DNA of 64,000 bases from Nanobdellota archaeon (GCA_038046245.1 JBBSWO010000001.1:12761-76760), one strand, 5' to 3'; positions 9,951 through 19,665 are shown, counted from the stretch's first letter. Program-made: numbers and translations. Notes: generated from the letters alone by a model not told the origin.

Positions 9951-10355
9951 CTAAGTAGATAAAGATTCAAAATATTGAGAAACATCTACAAATTTCAAAC
10001 TTCCGGGATATAAAATTTTAACACTCATTTCTCCACCAAAATTCTCTGGAGGGATAATTCTAAGATTACCCTTAGTAGAATCAAAAATAGATGCAGAAAT
10101 TCTCACATCCTTTAAAACGCCATGAGGAATGTAAACATGTATATCGCTGCTTACTAGGTTAAATTCTGCATATTGAGAGCTAATAAACTCCAGCCTAGAA
10201 CTGGTACTATTAGAGTCAATTGGAATAATCCTATGAACAATCAGTTTGTTGTCTCCATCATATCTATCTCCTATATCTTCTCCGCTTTCCAGTCTTTGCC
10301 AATCTTCCCATCTAAGAATAGCTTCTATGTTAAAACCATTTTTGTTGATTATCAT
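9951..10355 (-). CDS. Hypothetical protein (134 aa), last gene of the minus-strand array
   Basis: ORF track. Same strand and 54 nt downstream of the VWA gene. No motif recognised. Confidence 0.5.
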   Translation of the reverse strand: MIINKNGFNIEAILRWEDWQRLESGEDIGDRYDGDNKLIVHRIIPIDSNSTSSRLEFISSQYAEFNLVSSDIHVYIPHGVLKDVRISASIFDSTKGNLRIIPPENFGGEMSVKILYPGSLKFVDVSQYFESLST

Positions 10356-10409
10356 GGATTAATTATTCTTACAGAGGTTAATAAGTTCATTGGTAATCAA
10401 TTGCAATTA

Positions 10410-11333
10410 TCAAGGCAAACTTACATACTTAGTGTTGCTCAAGAAAAATTCTAATACTAAAAGAACTATCGCAAAAATAAGAAGATAATCCTGTAACTTT
10501 ATAGCAACTTCTTTTTCAGTTATGTTAAACATCTCGGTGAATGCTCCCGACAAATTAGCCTTGTTCTCAGCTGAAAAATATTTTCCATGAGTGTTGTAAG
10601 CAAGGCTTTTCAATGAATCCTCATCTAGTTTAGACAAACCAAATTCAGTCGCCCCGCCTTCTTTAGTTCCCATTCCGATTGTGTTTATTACAACACCATA
10701 ATAATCTGCATAATCAATAGCTTCCTGAACACTTCCAACATTTAACTGGCCATCACTTAATATTACAATTGCTTTATTATCTTCGTTCTTTAACAGATTA
10801 GTTGATGTAAGAACAGACTCGTAAATGTCAGTCCCACCAAGACCACCAATCTCTATGGAATTGACGGCATTCCTTAGCTCGTCTTTTCTATCGGTCATGT
10901 CAATCTGTATCTTGCTGCCTCCCGAAAAAGAGATAACACCCATTTTTGTTCCCAAAGGAGAATTAGAAATAAAATCTTTAGCAGTATCTTTAGCCACTTC
11001 TATTCTGCTTGGAGAAAAATCAGTCGCCTCCATACTTTTGGAAGAATCTATAGCTATAACAAATGAAAATGAGCTTGCCTTCGTAAGAACATTAATTGTT
11101 AATCCTGAAACTGCAAAAACCAGAGCCAAAATTACTAGAGCATTAAGCGTAAGCAGTATAACATTTTTGGAGAAAAAATCTATCCCTTCTATTCTTGCTA
11201 TAGCATCAAAGTTTGCAAATTTCAAAGATTTTTTCTTCTTATTACTCAAAGCTAGAAAGTGTATGAAAAAGATAAGAGGTATCGCAAATAGGAAAAAAAG
11301 ATATTCTGGATGAGAGAAATAAAATAAAGCCAT
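10410..11333 (-). CDS. von Willebrand factor A (VWA) domain membrane protein, BatA-like
   Basis: The MIDAS-like FVIAIDSSKSM and ILSDGQ motifs are flanked by TM segments. I prefer the ATG at 11333 (MALFYFSHPEYL...) over the TTG at 11351; it sits 1 nt after the DUF58 stop. Confidence 0.75.
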   Translation of the reverse strand: MALFYFSHPEYLFFLFAIPLIFFIHFLALSNKKKKSLKFANFDAIARIEGIDFFSKNVILLTLNALVILALVFAVSGLTINVLTKASSFSFVIAIDSSKSMEATDFSPSRIEVAKDTAKDFISNSPLGTKMGVISFSGGSKIQIDMTDRKDELRNAVNSIEIGGLGGTDIYESVLTSTNLLKNEDNKAIVILSDGQLNVGSVQEAIDYADYYGVVINTIGMGTKEGGATEFGLSKLDEDSLKSLAYNTHGKYFSAENKANLSGAFTEMFNITEKEVAIKLQDYLLIFAIVLLVLEFFLSNTKYVSLP

Positions 11334-11334
11334 A

Positions 11335-12225
11335 TTAAATTTTCTTTTCAAGCCTCTCTTTCAAAAATACTGCAAGAGGAACTGAAAATGACCTTGAAGT
11401 CACCAAATCTAAATAATCAGCCTCAGTCTTCTTAAAAATCTCCTCAACAAATTTTGCCTGCTCTCTCGCATATTTTTCATAAGGTGCTCTTGCAACTTTA
11501 GGATTTATTATAACCTGATCTCCAGATAGAGAGCTTTCAACAACTATCTCTCCCTCAACATTTGGTAAAGTTATGTCTAGAGGATCTCTGACCCTTACCA
11601 AGATAGTTTCAAATAATTCTGAAAGTAAAGTAAGTCTTTTTTCAGATTCAGGTGTGACCCTCAAGAAATCAGATATCAAAATAACAGAGTTTATTGATTT
11701 GTTTAGATATCTCATTGCAAAATCCAGCCCTTTGTCCAGATCAGTAACACCCCCATAAGTTTCTGTGTTAGTCATTAAGTCCATCAAAAACTGAAAATGT
11801 TTCTCACCGTTTCTGGGGGTTATAAAATGTTTTACATCATTGCTAAACAAAAAAAATCCCACCCTGTCACCCTCTTCCATTATAAGTTTTGCAAATGCAG
11901 CAGTCAACTCAGCAATAAATTCGCACTTTAATTTTTTCCCAGAACCAAAAACCATGCTGCTACCCACATCAATCAAAAACATTATCTTAAGGTCTCTCTC
12001 TTCCTTGTATTGTTTGACCAAAAGTTTTTGTGCCCTTGAACTTGATTTCCAGTCAATTTCAGAAGCATCATCATCTGGAGAAAAATCTCTGTACGATTCA
12101 AACTCTAATCCTTTGCCTCTAAATAAAATTCTGTAGATATCTCTCTTAAGCCTAAATTCCTTCATGACGGCCTTGAATTCAGTTATTGCTTCAGGAATGT
12201 CCGTGTTGAGTCGTTTTTCAACCAT
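11335..12225 (-). CDS. DUF58 family protein (MoxR-associated)
   Basis: ESYRDFSPDDDASEIDWKSSSRAQKLLVKQYKEERD matches the DUF58 signature (Y/R-x-GDD-x-R-x-IDWK-x-SAR). Located directly between the MoxR and VWA genes. Confidence 0.75.
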   Translation of the reverse strand: MVEKRLNTDIPEAITEFKAVMKEFRLKRDIYRILFRGKGLEFESYRDFSPDDDASEIDWKSSSRAQKLLVKQYKEERDLKIMFLIDVGSSMVFGSGKKLKCEFIAELTAAFAKLIMEEGDRVGFFLFSNDVKHFITPRNGEKHFQFLMDLMTNTETYGGVTDLDKGLDFAMRYLNKSINSVILISDFLRVTPESEKRLTLLSELFETILVRVRDPLDITLPNVEGEIVVESSLSGDQVIINPKVARAPYEKYAREQAKFVEEIFKKTEADYLDLVTSRSFSVPLAVFLKERLEKKI

Positions 12226-13398
12226 TCAAACCCCCACCATGAACAAAATTTCGTCTATAATTTTGTCAGAGGTAACTCCTTCTGCCCTTGCTTTATAGTT
12301 GAGAATAATTCTGTGTCTTAAGACATAATGCGCAACCGACTTAACATCATTTGGAATGACGTAATTTCTCCCGTTTATCAAAGCCCACGCCTTAGCAGCA
12401 ATGAAAAGTCCAATGTTTGCTCTAGGCGATCCACCCCATTCAATGTATTTCCCATGGGGAAAATCTTTTTTTCTCGTTTTATCGACTATCCTGACAATGT
12501 AATCTTTGACTTTCTCACTCATGAATATGCTTTTTGTCATTTCCTGCATCTTAAGTATTTTTTCTGGAGACAAAATCGGTTTGACATTAAAGCTTTCAAA
12601 ACTTCTTAACGTAGAATTGTCAATCATGATCATCTTTTCTTCTTCTTTTGTCGGATATCCCATCAATATCTTGAACAAAAACCTGTCAACTTGAGCTTCA
12701 GGAAGATCATAGACCCCGCTGGACTCCAAAGGATTATTGTTTGCCATGACAAAAAAAGGTTTTGGAAGAGGATAAGTCTCTTTGGCAATCGTAACCTGTT
12801 TCTCCTGCATCGCTTCAATCATAGCAGACTGGGTCTTAGGAGGACTTCTGTTTATTTCATCAGCAATTATAAAATTTGCAAATATCGGTCCCTTAATTGT
12901 TTCAAATCCTTTATTAGGAGTATAAGTCGTGATTCCAATGATATCACTAGGTAATAAATCAACTGTGAACTGGATTCTCTTTGCAGAACATCCAGAAGCC
13001 TGCGCAAGTGTTTTTACAAGAAGCGTCTTTGCAATTCCAGGAACTCCTTCAAGCAAAACGTGTCCGTCACAAAGCAAAGCGCACATGAACGCATCAACAG
13101 CGTCTTTCTGTCCGACAATCACTTTCCCAACTTCTTCTTTAACTTTAAAAATCAAATCGTAAGCTTCTTTTATTTCAACAGGGACCTCATCCAAGTTCAT
13201 CTTCTCAAGAACCGGCGCCTTGGAGCTCTTCAGTTTATTCTTTATTTTCAACTCAGCTCTGACAGAAAGAACTTCATTTATTTCTTCATCAGTATAATTA
13301 TTATTCTTTAGTATCCCTCTTATCTGCTCGTTATCATACCTCTGCTCAACTGCTTTTTTCACCCAAGCTTCTATTTCCCCTTTTTTTTGGTCATCCAT
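12226..13398 (-). CDS. MoxR-like AAA+ ATPase with ~85-aa N-terminal extension
   Basis: HVLLEGVPGIAKTLLVKTLA (Walker A), FIIADEINR (Walker B), RIQFTVDLLPSDIIG, typical MoxR. The ATG overlaps the stop of the upstream adhesin gene (ATGGATGA). Confidence 0.85.
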   Translation of the reverse strand: MDDQKKGEIEAWVKKAVEQRYDNEQIRGILKNNNYTDEEINEVLSVRAELKIKNKLKSSKAPVLEKMNLDEVPVEIKEAYDLIFKVKEEVGKVIVGQKDAVDAFMCALLCDGHVLLEGVPGIAKTLLVKTLAQASGCSAKRIQFTVDLLPSDIIGITTYTPNKGFETIKGPIFANFIIADEINRSPPKTQSAMIEAMQEKQVTIAKETYPLPKPFFVMANNNPLESSGVYDLPEAQVDRFLFKILMGYPTKEEEKMIMIDNSTLRSFESFNVKPILSPEKILKMQEMTKSIFMSEKVKDYIVRIVDKTRKKDFPHGKYIEWGGSPRANIGLFIAAKAWALINGRNYVIPNDVKSVAHYVLRHRIILNYKARAEGVTSDKIIDEILFMVGV

Positions 13399-16300
13399 AA
13401 CGACTTACACCTCTGTTATAATTATCAGAATACGTATTGTTTTTTATACTTTCCTGTGTGTACAAACCTTTTTTCCTTCTCAAATTGATTCTTTTGTAGG
13501 AATAAAAAGCGACTCCGACAACAAAAACGGCGATTGTGGAAACAGCAAGGTATCTGTAAAGCTTATTCTCGGCTATTTTGGATAAAACCGGCTTTCCGGC
13601 CTGCGCAATTGCATTTTTACATGCATTCAAAGCCTCATCTGCCTTTTGATTGGCCAATGCAGTGTTTCCCTGCGAGGCATATCTTTTTGCTTCATCAACT
13701 AATTCTTTTATTTCAATGCACTCCGGATTTGACGCAATAAATTCTTCTGTGAAAACAATTTTTTCCCCGACATTCTCTCCCTCTTTTATTGTCAAAAATA
13801 TTTTTCCCCAATCCATGTATCTTGGACTGCTTGAGGTAGCATTGACAGTGATCTCAAAAGTCCCGACGTTCTGCGTGTCAACATTGAGAATCATTGTCAA
13901 ATTTTCCTTTTTTCCAGGTTGCAAGCTGGCAAATTCTCTCTTGCTGAATGAGATGTTTACATCATTCGCCAAAACATTGTCTTTAGCAACACTTCCATCC
14001 AAATTTATCATATAGAGGGTTGTACTGCCGGTATTATACAATGTTAAAGGCACTTCTATCTTGTCTTTCTGATAAGCAGAGATAGGCCCAGGCATTATTA
14101 TTTTCAAAGAAACCGGAACCTCAGTGCTTCCACCTCCAGAAGAGCTTGAAGTAGAAGTTCCCGTTGGTGCAACAAATCTAACAGTAAAAGAATTGCTGGA
14201 AGCAGTAGAAGAGCTATCGCTACCATTGACAGTAATTAACCCAGCAACAGCAGTTGTAGCAGACAAAGTCATTGTAAATCCAGAAAAGCTAGAGGTTATT
14301 GATGAGGTATTACTAGACAGAGTAAACGTAGGGCTTTGGGCATAATAAGGGTCGTTATAATCTAGATCTGTAAAATAAGAACTCAGGTCCAAGGTTATAG
14401 CTGTGCCATAAGTTGTTGGTCCAAGATCTGCAATATGCCCGCTAAAACTTACATTATAATTTGTATGGGTTATGTTAAGCTTAAATACAATTGTCGTATT
14501 CAGCAAAGATGCGTTTGTCAAATTGCTGTTTGACGGATAAACAACTAAAGTTAAATTTTTCAATAAACCATAAGTTTCATCAGTCATGTTGGAAGTAAAA
14601 CTCCAGTTATAGCTTGTTCCATTCCCATAATATGAAAGATTGTCTCTTAACAAAGATGAGGTGTAATTACAATTGGAGCTTGAGCCAAGAGGACAATTTA
14701 TTCCATCAACATAAAAATCATAAGTTAGGTTATCTCCAACAGAATGATTGACTGTAAAATTAAGCACAGATGTTACATTTTCAGTTAAATTGAAGACGTA
14801 GCTTGCAGCAGGAGAGGTAATATTTGGAAGCCCGTAAACACTAACCCAAAAATCTCCATAACCTATAGCACCAGTTGAATCATTCACGCTTATGTTAAGG
14901 TGGTATTTTCCATCTTGGCTTGAATTAAATGTTAGATTTATTATTCCAGTAGTTGAATTAAAAACACTTGTGTTTAAAAAACTCAAAGTGCTACCATCAT
15001 TCAAAAACGAATAAGAGAAAGTGAAATTTGTATTAGTTGCAGAGGTGTCATTGCCATCTTCAGTGTCTGTAACATTCATATCGTAATAAAAACTCCTGTT
15101 CACGGCAGAAGATTGGTTTGATAAATTTGAAAGAACTGGGTTGTGGTTTATCGCTAAAACGCTGAGATTAAATGAAAACGACGTTGAGTTGCTTGTTGAG
15201 TCAGTCACATTTATAGTGATGTTATAATTTCCAACAGACGCTTTGTTTGGAACAAAAATTGCTTGATATTCTGTTCTGTTTGGATATTGTGTTGTTGGGA
15301 AAGAATTTGTCAAAGAGAAATTGAACAAAGAAGTATTAATGCCCTGAATTGTTAAATTTACGCTAAAGCTCTCATTATAAAATCTTCTTTGACTAGTAGG
15401 GATTTTCACATCATCGTCATCTATCCACAGCTTTATCACAGTATAATTGTCTTCCGTCACATTCAAGGATGCGTTCCCAGCAACCTGCGCAGGAGTGGCA
15501 TTGACTGTTTGAAGTTGTTGTATGCTCGGACCATCGTTTATGTTTAGTATTGTAAAATTAAATGAAGTTGTGTTTGTGAGATAGCTGTCATTTATTGTAA
15601 TGTTAACAATATGCTGGCCAATATCCACATCCAACCCCGTGAAATTTATTATTCCTCCGCTTGTCAGATTAAAATTATCGAATCTTGTGTCATTGGCAAA
15701 ACTGAATGTTAGAGTATTCCCATCAGCGTCGGTAACATTTTCTGAAAGATTAAGATACAAATTGCTGTTTTCATAAATTACAATAGTTGTGTTAAGAGGA
15801 GAATTCCATGTTGGTGCGCTGTTGTTTATTATTGTGAGATTAAATGTGGTGTACGTTGAAAAATTATAGCTATCTTTTGCAGTGACGTTAATAGTGTAGC
15901 TTCCAGCATCGCTAGAATTGGGAGTAAATCTTATTTCAGCGCTGGTCCTGTTTGTTCCCGCAACAGGCATCTGTAAAATCGTTATGCTAAAATTAGACAA
16001 GCTAAGCTGTTGAGTTGGATTAGAGCTGTTCAATATTGTTCTGGTAAAATTAATCGTTTCATTGAATCCCCCATAACTCGCATTTTTATCTGGAACAAGA
16101 GTGTCATTATCGTAAACGCTGAGGTTTATGACAGTCAACAAATTTATCGAAGTGTTGACGTTGCCCACTGAAGCGATAGATGGAGTGGCATTTATAGTTC
16201 TGTTTACATAAACATAAATCTGGGTTATGTTCGTGTCACCATTGCTGTCAGCCACAGTAAAGTTTATTGTCCAATTTCCGACTTCTGTTTTTTGAGGAGT

Positions 16301-17368
16301 CACATCTATAGTGGCATTATACTGGAAATTGCTTGAACTGTTTGTCATATTGGCAAAAAACCAGCTGGTATTAGAAACGCCACTCTGCCCTGCAGCATAA
16401 TTTCTCAATACGGCATAGCTTGAAATGTTCAGCGTATCACTTGGATTCTTAGATCTTATTGAAATGTTGCATGCGCCAGACTGATTTTCCTGGAAAATTT
16501 TATTCTGACAATTGCTTATGTCAACCGAAAGAGAGGCCAAAACATTAAATGTGACTATGGTTGAATAATTAGTTGTCTTATTCACTTTGTAGGTTGAGTT
16601 ATCACAATAAGCATGTGGGCAACTGTAATTTGACCCGTAATCCCTGACAGAAATATTCGCATAGTAGACTCCAACTTCATTATTTGTAGGAGTCATGTTT
16701 ATCAAAGCAGAGATATTGTCAAGGCTAGTGATGTTAAAACCCATATCAAAAAGCGAACAGTTTTGATTGTCAACTGTATAATTACTCCAGGCAGCATGGG
16801 TGCACCTTGTAGCATTGAAAGTCACAGTAAAATTCAAAGGATAATGACTTTCTTCGTCGGTGGCATTCAAGTAAGAGCTAAGAGGATTTGCATTTGAAAA
16901 ATTATATGTTGTGTTTATATTTGTAAAATTTGGTGCATCATTTGTGGCGTTGATTATAAATTCAAACGAAACAGTCGTAGAACCGCCGCCAGAGCTGGTA
17001 TTTGTAGCCTGTATTGGTATTGAAAAAAATCCTGTTTGGTTGTCATAGGTTGCATTAATTGTTAAATTTCCAACAGAGGAGTTAGTTATAGACATCCAAC
17101 GGGAAACAATGCTGGTATCTGAAACGTTATAAGTTCCACTTGAATTTGTGATAGTAATGTTATTATCAACAGTGTTAATTGCAAAACTAACGTCATTATT
17201 AAAATTAGTTATGTTGGCACTGAAATTATGATAGTACACAGAATCTTCTATTGTTGTATAATTGGTCGTATCAGAACCGCTTTTCCAGCTAGGAGGTGTT
17301 GCCAACACAAAACCTAAAAAGATTATTCCAACAAAAATTGTGAATAGTACAACTCTACTTTTTTCCAT
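13391..17368 (-). CDS. Large secreted, C-terminally anchored surface protein with cadherin/Ig-like repeats; extremely rich in N-X-S/T sequons
   Basis: N-terminal signal peptide (VVLFTIFVGIIFLGFVLA). Repeat-boundary motifs NDAPNFT, NSAPTWN, INDGPSI and INHNPVL, as in cadherin-like domains. C-terminal TM (YLAVSTIAVFVVGVAFYSY) plus basic tail. Confidence 0.8.
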   Translation of the reverse strand: MEKSRVVLFTIFVGIIFLGFVLATPPSWKSGSDTTNYTTIEDSVYYHNFSANITNFNNDVSFAINTVDNNITITNSSGTYNVSDTSIVSRWMSITNSSVGNLTINATYDNQTGFFSIPIQATNTSSGGGSTTVSFEFIINATNDAPNFTNINTTYNFSNANPLSSYLNATDEESHYPLNFTVTFNATRCTHAAWSNYTVDNQNCSLFDMGFNITSLDNISALINMTPTNNEVGVYYANISVRDYGSNYSCPHAYCDNSTYKVNKTTNYSTIVTFNVLASLSVDISNCQNKIFQENQSGACNISIRSKNPSDTLNISSYAVLRNYAAGQSGVSNTSWFFANMTNSSSNFQYNATIDVTPQKTEVGNWTINFTVADSNGDTNITQIYVYVNRTINATPSIASVGNVNTSINLLTVINLSVYDNDTLVPDKNASYGGFNETINFTRTILNSSNPTQQLSLSNFSITILQMPVAGTNRTSAEIRFTPNSSDAGSYTINVTAKDSYNFSTYTTFNLTIINNSAPTWNSPLNTTIVIYENSNLYLNLSENVTDADGNTLTFSFANDTRFDNFNLTSGGIINFTGLDVDIGQHIVNITINDSYLTNTTSFNFTILNINDGPSIQQLQTVNATPAQVAGNASLNVTEDNYTVIKLWIDDDDVKIPTSQRRFYNESFSVNLTIQGINTSLFNFSLTNSFPTTQYPNRTEYQAIFVPNKASVGNYNITINVTDSTSNSTSFSFNLSVLAINHNPVLSNLSNQSSAVNRSFYYDMNVTDTEDGNDTSATNTNFTFSYSFLNDGSTLSFLNTSVFNSTTGIINLTFNSSQDGKYHLNISVNDSTGAIGYGDFWVSVYGLPNITSPAASYVFNLTENVTSVLNFTVNHSVGDNLTYDFYVDGINCPLGSSSNCNYTSSLLRDNLSYYGNGTSYNWSFTSNMTDETYGLLKNLTLVVYPSNSNLTNASLLNTTIVFKLNITHTNYNVSFSGHIADLGPTTYGTAITLDLSSYFTDLDYNDPYYAQSPTFTLSSNTSSITSSFSGFTMTLSATTAVAGLITVNGSDSSSTASSNSFTVRFVAPTGTSTSSSSGGGSTEVPVSLKIIMPGPISAYQKDKIEVPLTLYNTGSTTLYMINLDGSVAKDNVLANDVNISFSKREFASLQPGKKENLTMILNVDTQNVGTFEITVNATSSSPRYMDWGKIFLTIKEGENVGEKIVFTEEFIASNPECIEIKELVDEAKRYASQGNTALANQKADEALNACKNAIAQAGKPVLSKIAENKLYRYLAVSTIAVFVVGVAFYSYKRINLRRKKGLYTQESIKNNTYSDNYNRGVSRYG

Positions 17369-17531
17369 TTTTCTCCTCCATTCTTTTCAAAAAATCATTG
17401 ACAGCCAGGTCAATAAATTGTTTTTTATTTACAAATTTAAGCCTGTTTTCATCCTTGCTTATGAAATCTTCCACTTCTTCAAATAGTTTAGAATCAATTT
17501 TTACAACACTCCCATCATTCTTTTTCCCCAT
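17355..17531 (-). CDS. Small ribbon-helix-helix (CopG/Arc-like) protein, 58 aa, not in the ORF track (below cut-off)
   Basis: Hand translation from the ATG at 17531: MGKKNDGSVVKIDSKLFEEVEDFISKDENRLKFVNKKQFIDLAVNDFLKRMEEKNGKK*. This is a strand-helix-helix pattern. The stop at 17355 overlaps the next gene's ATG (17368) by 14 nt. Confidence 0.55.
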   Translation of the reverse strand: MGKKNDGSVVKIDSKLFEEVEDFISKDENRLKFVNKKQFIDLAVNDFLKRMEEKNGKK

Positions 17532-17583
17532 AGTTACTAAAAGTTACTATTTATTACCTAAAGTAACTAATAAAAATGGATAT

Positions 17584-19665
17584 TTAAACGTTTGGTCTCT
17601 TGGTAGAATCAATGATCTTTCTATATCTTATTATTCTTATAAGCTTGGTTATTATGAAGGCGATTATTATGAGTATGAGTAATAAAAAGCTATAAATTAT
17701 ATTCTTTCTCTTTAACAATGGAACAGCCGGCTCACATATCCAAGGACATGGCCCGCCACAATCAACACCCTCTTCACCCTGATTTTGCTTCTTGTCCGTA
17801 CAACTGGCACAAACGTTGCATGGCCCGCCACAGTCAATCAGAATCTCACAGTCTCCATCATGGCAATTCTTTATTCCATCACTACAGCTAGGATTTGGCG
17901 TGTAAAGACAAGATTGAACCTCTTCTGGTTTCTGGACTTTAGGAGAGCAGTTATTCAAGTCTGGACACACCCTTATCTGGAATCCACATCTGTCAGGAGT
18001 TAAAGCATTAGCCTGGCACTGATCGCTCACGATTCTGTAATCCTGTCTTGATAAAATCCCAAGATTCAACGAGGATTCAGCATTCTGGCAAACATTCCAA
18101 GAGGTACATCCCCATTGGGGTTTGCACGAAACTATTCCCCCGCCTCCACCGCCTCCGCCTCCACCACTTGGCTGACTACAGGAGACGACGGAAACACTAA
18201 AATTCCAGTAAACACTATCATTGAATTCTCCGTCGGTGATTTCCGCCTTGACATCATGTTTGCCAGAAATCCCGCAAGGGAAAACGTAATCAAAGATATC
18301 AGTGGAATTGCCCTCAAAATAACTTACCAAAACATTATCTATATACCAATATGAATCTGGAATCGTGAAATCAGGATCATACTTCGTTATGTTAAATCTG
18401 ATGTTCTGTGTTCCACTCACATTTATCACTGCGCTATTGTTTGGAGAAAACGCAGTTATTGTTGGAGGTCTATTTTGATTGGTGATAGTAAGCTGGAAAT
18501 ATTCACATGTTGTTTGAGCCAGGCCAGTTTGGTTACAGTAAGTTTGAATCAAAGGATGTCTGTTTGTCAATCCTGTATCACTAACACAAATGTTTACATT
18601 ATAAATCCCAACAGGAGTTGAGTTTGTCGACGTAAAATTAATTGTTCCAACAGTCCCATTTCTAGAAACATTAAACAAGTTGACAAGACTTCCCGTAGAA
18701 TTAACAATAGTGGTGTTAATGCTCAAACTTCCGTAATTCCAAGGAGGGGAGTATTCAATGTCACCAAAACTGAAATTTTTGTAAAGTGTAGAATTTTCTC
18801 CAGTATGCCATATCGTCTGAACGCCAATTGGATCAATCCAAGGAGGATTGTTGATCTCTACAAGAGTGACATTGGTAAGATTTGTATCTGAATACTGACC
18901 ATCACTGACGCTAATGCTAATTGGAAAATTTCTGAATCCAGTATTTACCCCAAAAAGGTTTGATTTGAAAAGGTTTCCAGAAAACATTGCAAAATAATTC
19001 ATTGTAACGGCTCTCCACAAATGTTGCGAGAAAAACAGTCCGCTAGGATCTCCAATATAAGACATGATGGGATCGTAAACATTGTCATCTTCATCAACAT
19101 CTGTTGCATTAAACAAATAGTTTAATGAGCTGCCCTCACAGACATAAATCGGATTGTCTATAGGCAATAGAATAGGCGCAGAATTGGGCACGCTGACAAA
19201 AAAAGTCACATTTGCAGAAGCAGTTTTTCCGCCAGAAGTTGAAGCATTTACAAAAAATGCATTACCCCATCTGACCGCAGCAAAGGTAGTATTAGAAGAA
19301 AATGCAACATCTCTATAAGCCCACCAATTATGTTTTAAATCATAAATAGAGTACGTCCAAAGAGAAATCGGAGTGTCTGAAGTAACATTTAAGTCTATGA
19401 TGTAAGGTTGGCCTATGCTGAAATTATAAGTTATATTCTGAGGGCTAAAAATTTTTAGGTATGGATTTCCTTCAATCGCAAATATCACGGAAGCAGTGGC
19501 ACTTGTGTCAAATCCCGTCGGCCTATGGGCTTTTTGAGAAAAAATGAGGTAGATATTCAAGACAATCACTACAATGAAAAAAGTAACTAAAAAATATTTG
19601 GTCACTCTAGAAAGAGAGTTTACTTTTTTGTAAAAAGAATTCCTTTTGCCTCTTTTGGTAGCCAT
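17584..19665 (-). CDS. Surface protein with cadherin-like repeats, Gly10 linker, Cys-rich C-terminal module and C-terminal TM
   Basis: N-terminal anchor (YFLVTFFIVVIVLNIYLIF). Motifs NSAPILLP, INNPPWIDP, NRPPTITAF. GGGGGGGGGG at 18136..18165. Two ...DCGGPC... cysteine motifs. C-terminal TM IIYSFLLLILIIIAFII. Confidence 0.8.
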   Translation of the reverse strand: MATKRGKRNSFYKKVNSLSRVTKYFLVTFFIVVIVLNIYLIFSQKAHRPTGFDTSATASVIFAIEGNPYLKIFSPQNITYNFSIGQPYIIDLNVTSDTPISLWTYSIYDLKHNWWAYRDVAFSSNTTFAAVRWGNAFFVNASTSGGKTASANVTFFVSVPNSAPILLPIDNPIYVCEGSSLNYLFNATDVDEDDNVYDPIMSYIGDPSGLFFSQHLWRAVTMNYFAMFSGNLFKSNLFGVNTGFRNFPISISVSDGQYSDTNLTNVTLVEINNPPWIDPIGVQTIWHTGENSTLYKNFSFGDIEYSPPWNYGSLSINTTIVNSTGSLVNLFNVSRNGTVGTINFTSTNSTPVGIYNVNICVSDTGLTNRHPLIQTYCNQTGLAQTTCEYFQLTITNQNRPPTITAFSPNNSAVINVSGTQNIRFNITKYDPDFTIPDSYWYIDNVLVSYFEGNSTDIFDYVFPCGISGKHDVKAEITDGEFNDSVYWNFSVSVVSCSQPSGGGGGGGGGGIVSCKPQWGCTSWNVCQNAESSLNLGILSRQDYRIVSDQCQANALTPDRCGFQIRVCPDLNNCSPKVQKPEEVQSCLYTPNPSCSDGIKNCHDGDCEILIDCGGPCNVCASCTDKKQNQGEEGVDCGGPCPWICEPAVPLLKRKNIIYSFLLLILIIIAFIITKLIRIIRYRKIIDSTKRPNV

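Noticed and set aside
18136-18165. GC-rich ccgcctccaccgcctccgcctccacc tract as a possible regulatory or G-quadruplex-type element.
   Set aside because: It is in frame within the 693-aa gene and simply encodes Gly10 with mixed GGN codons. It is treated as a protein linker and reported within the Cys-motif finding.
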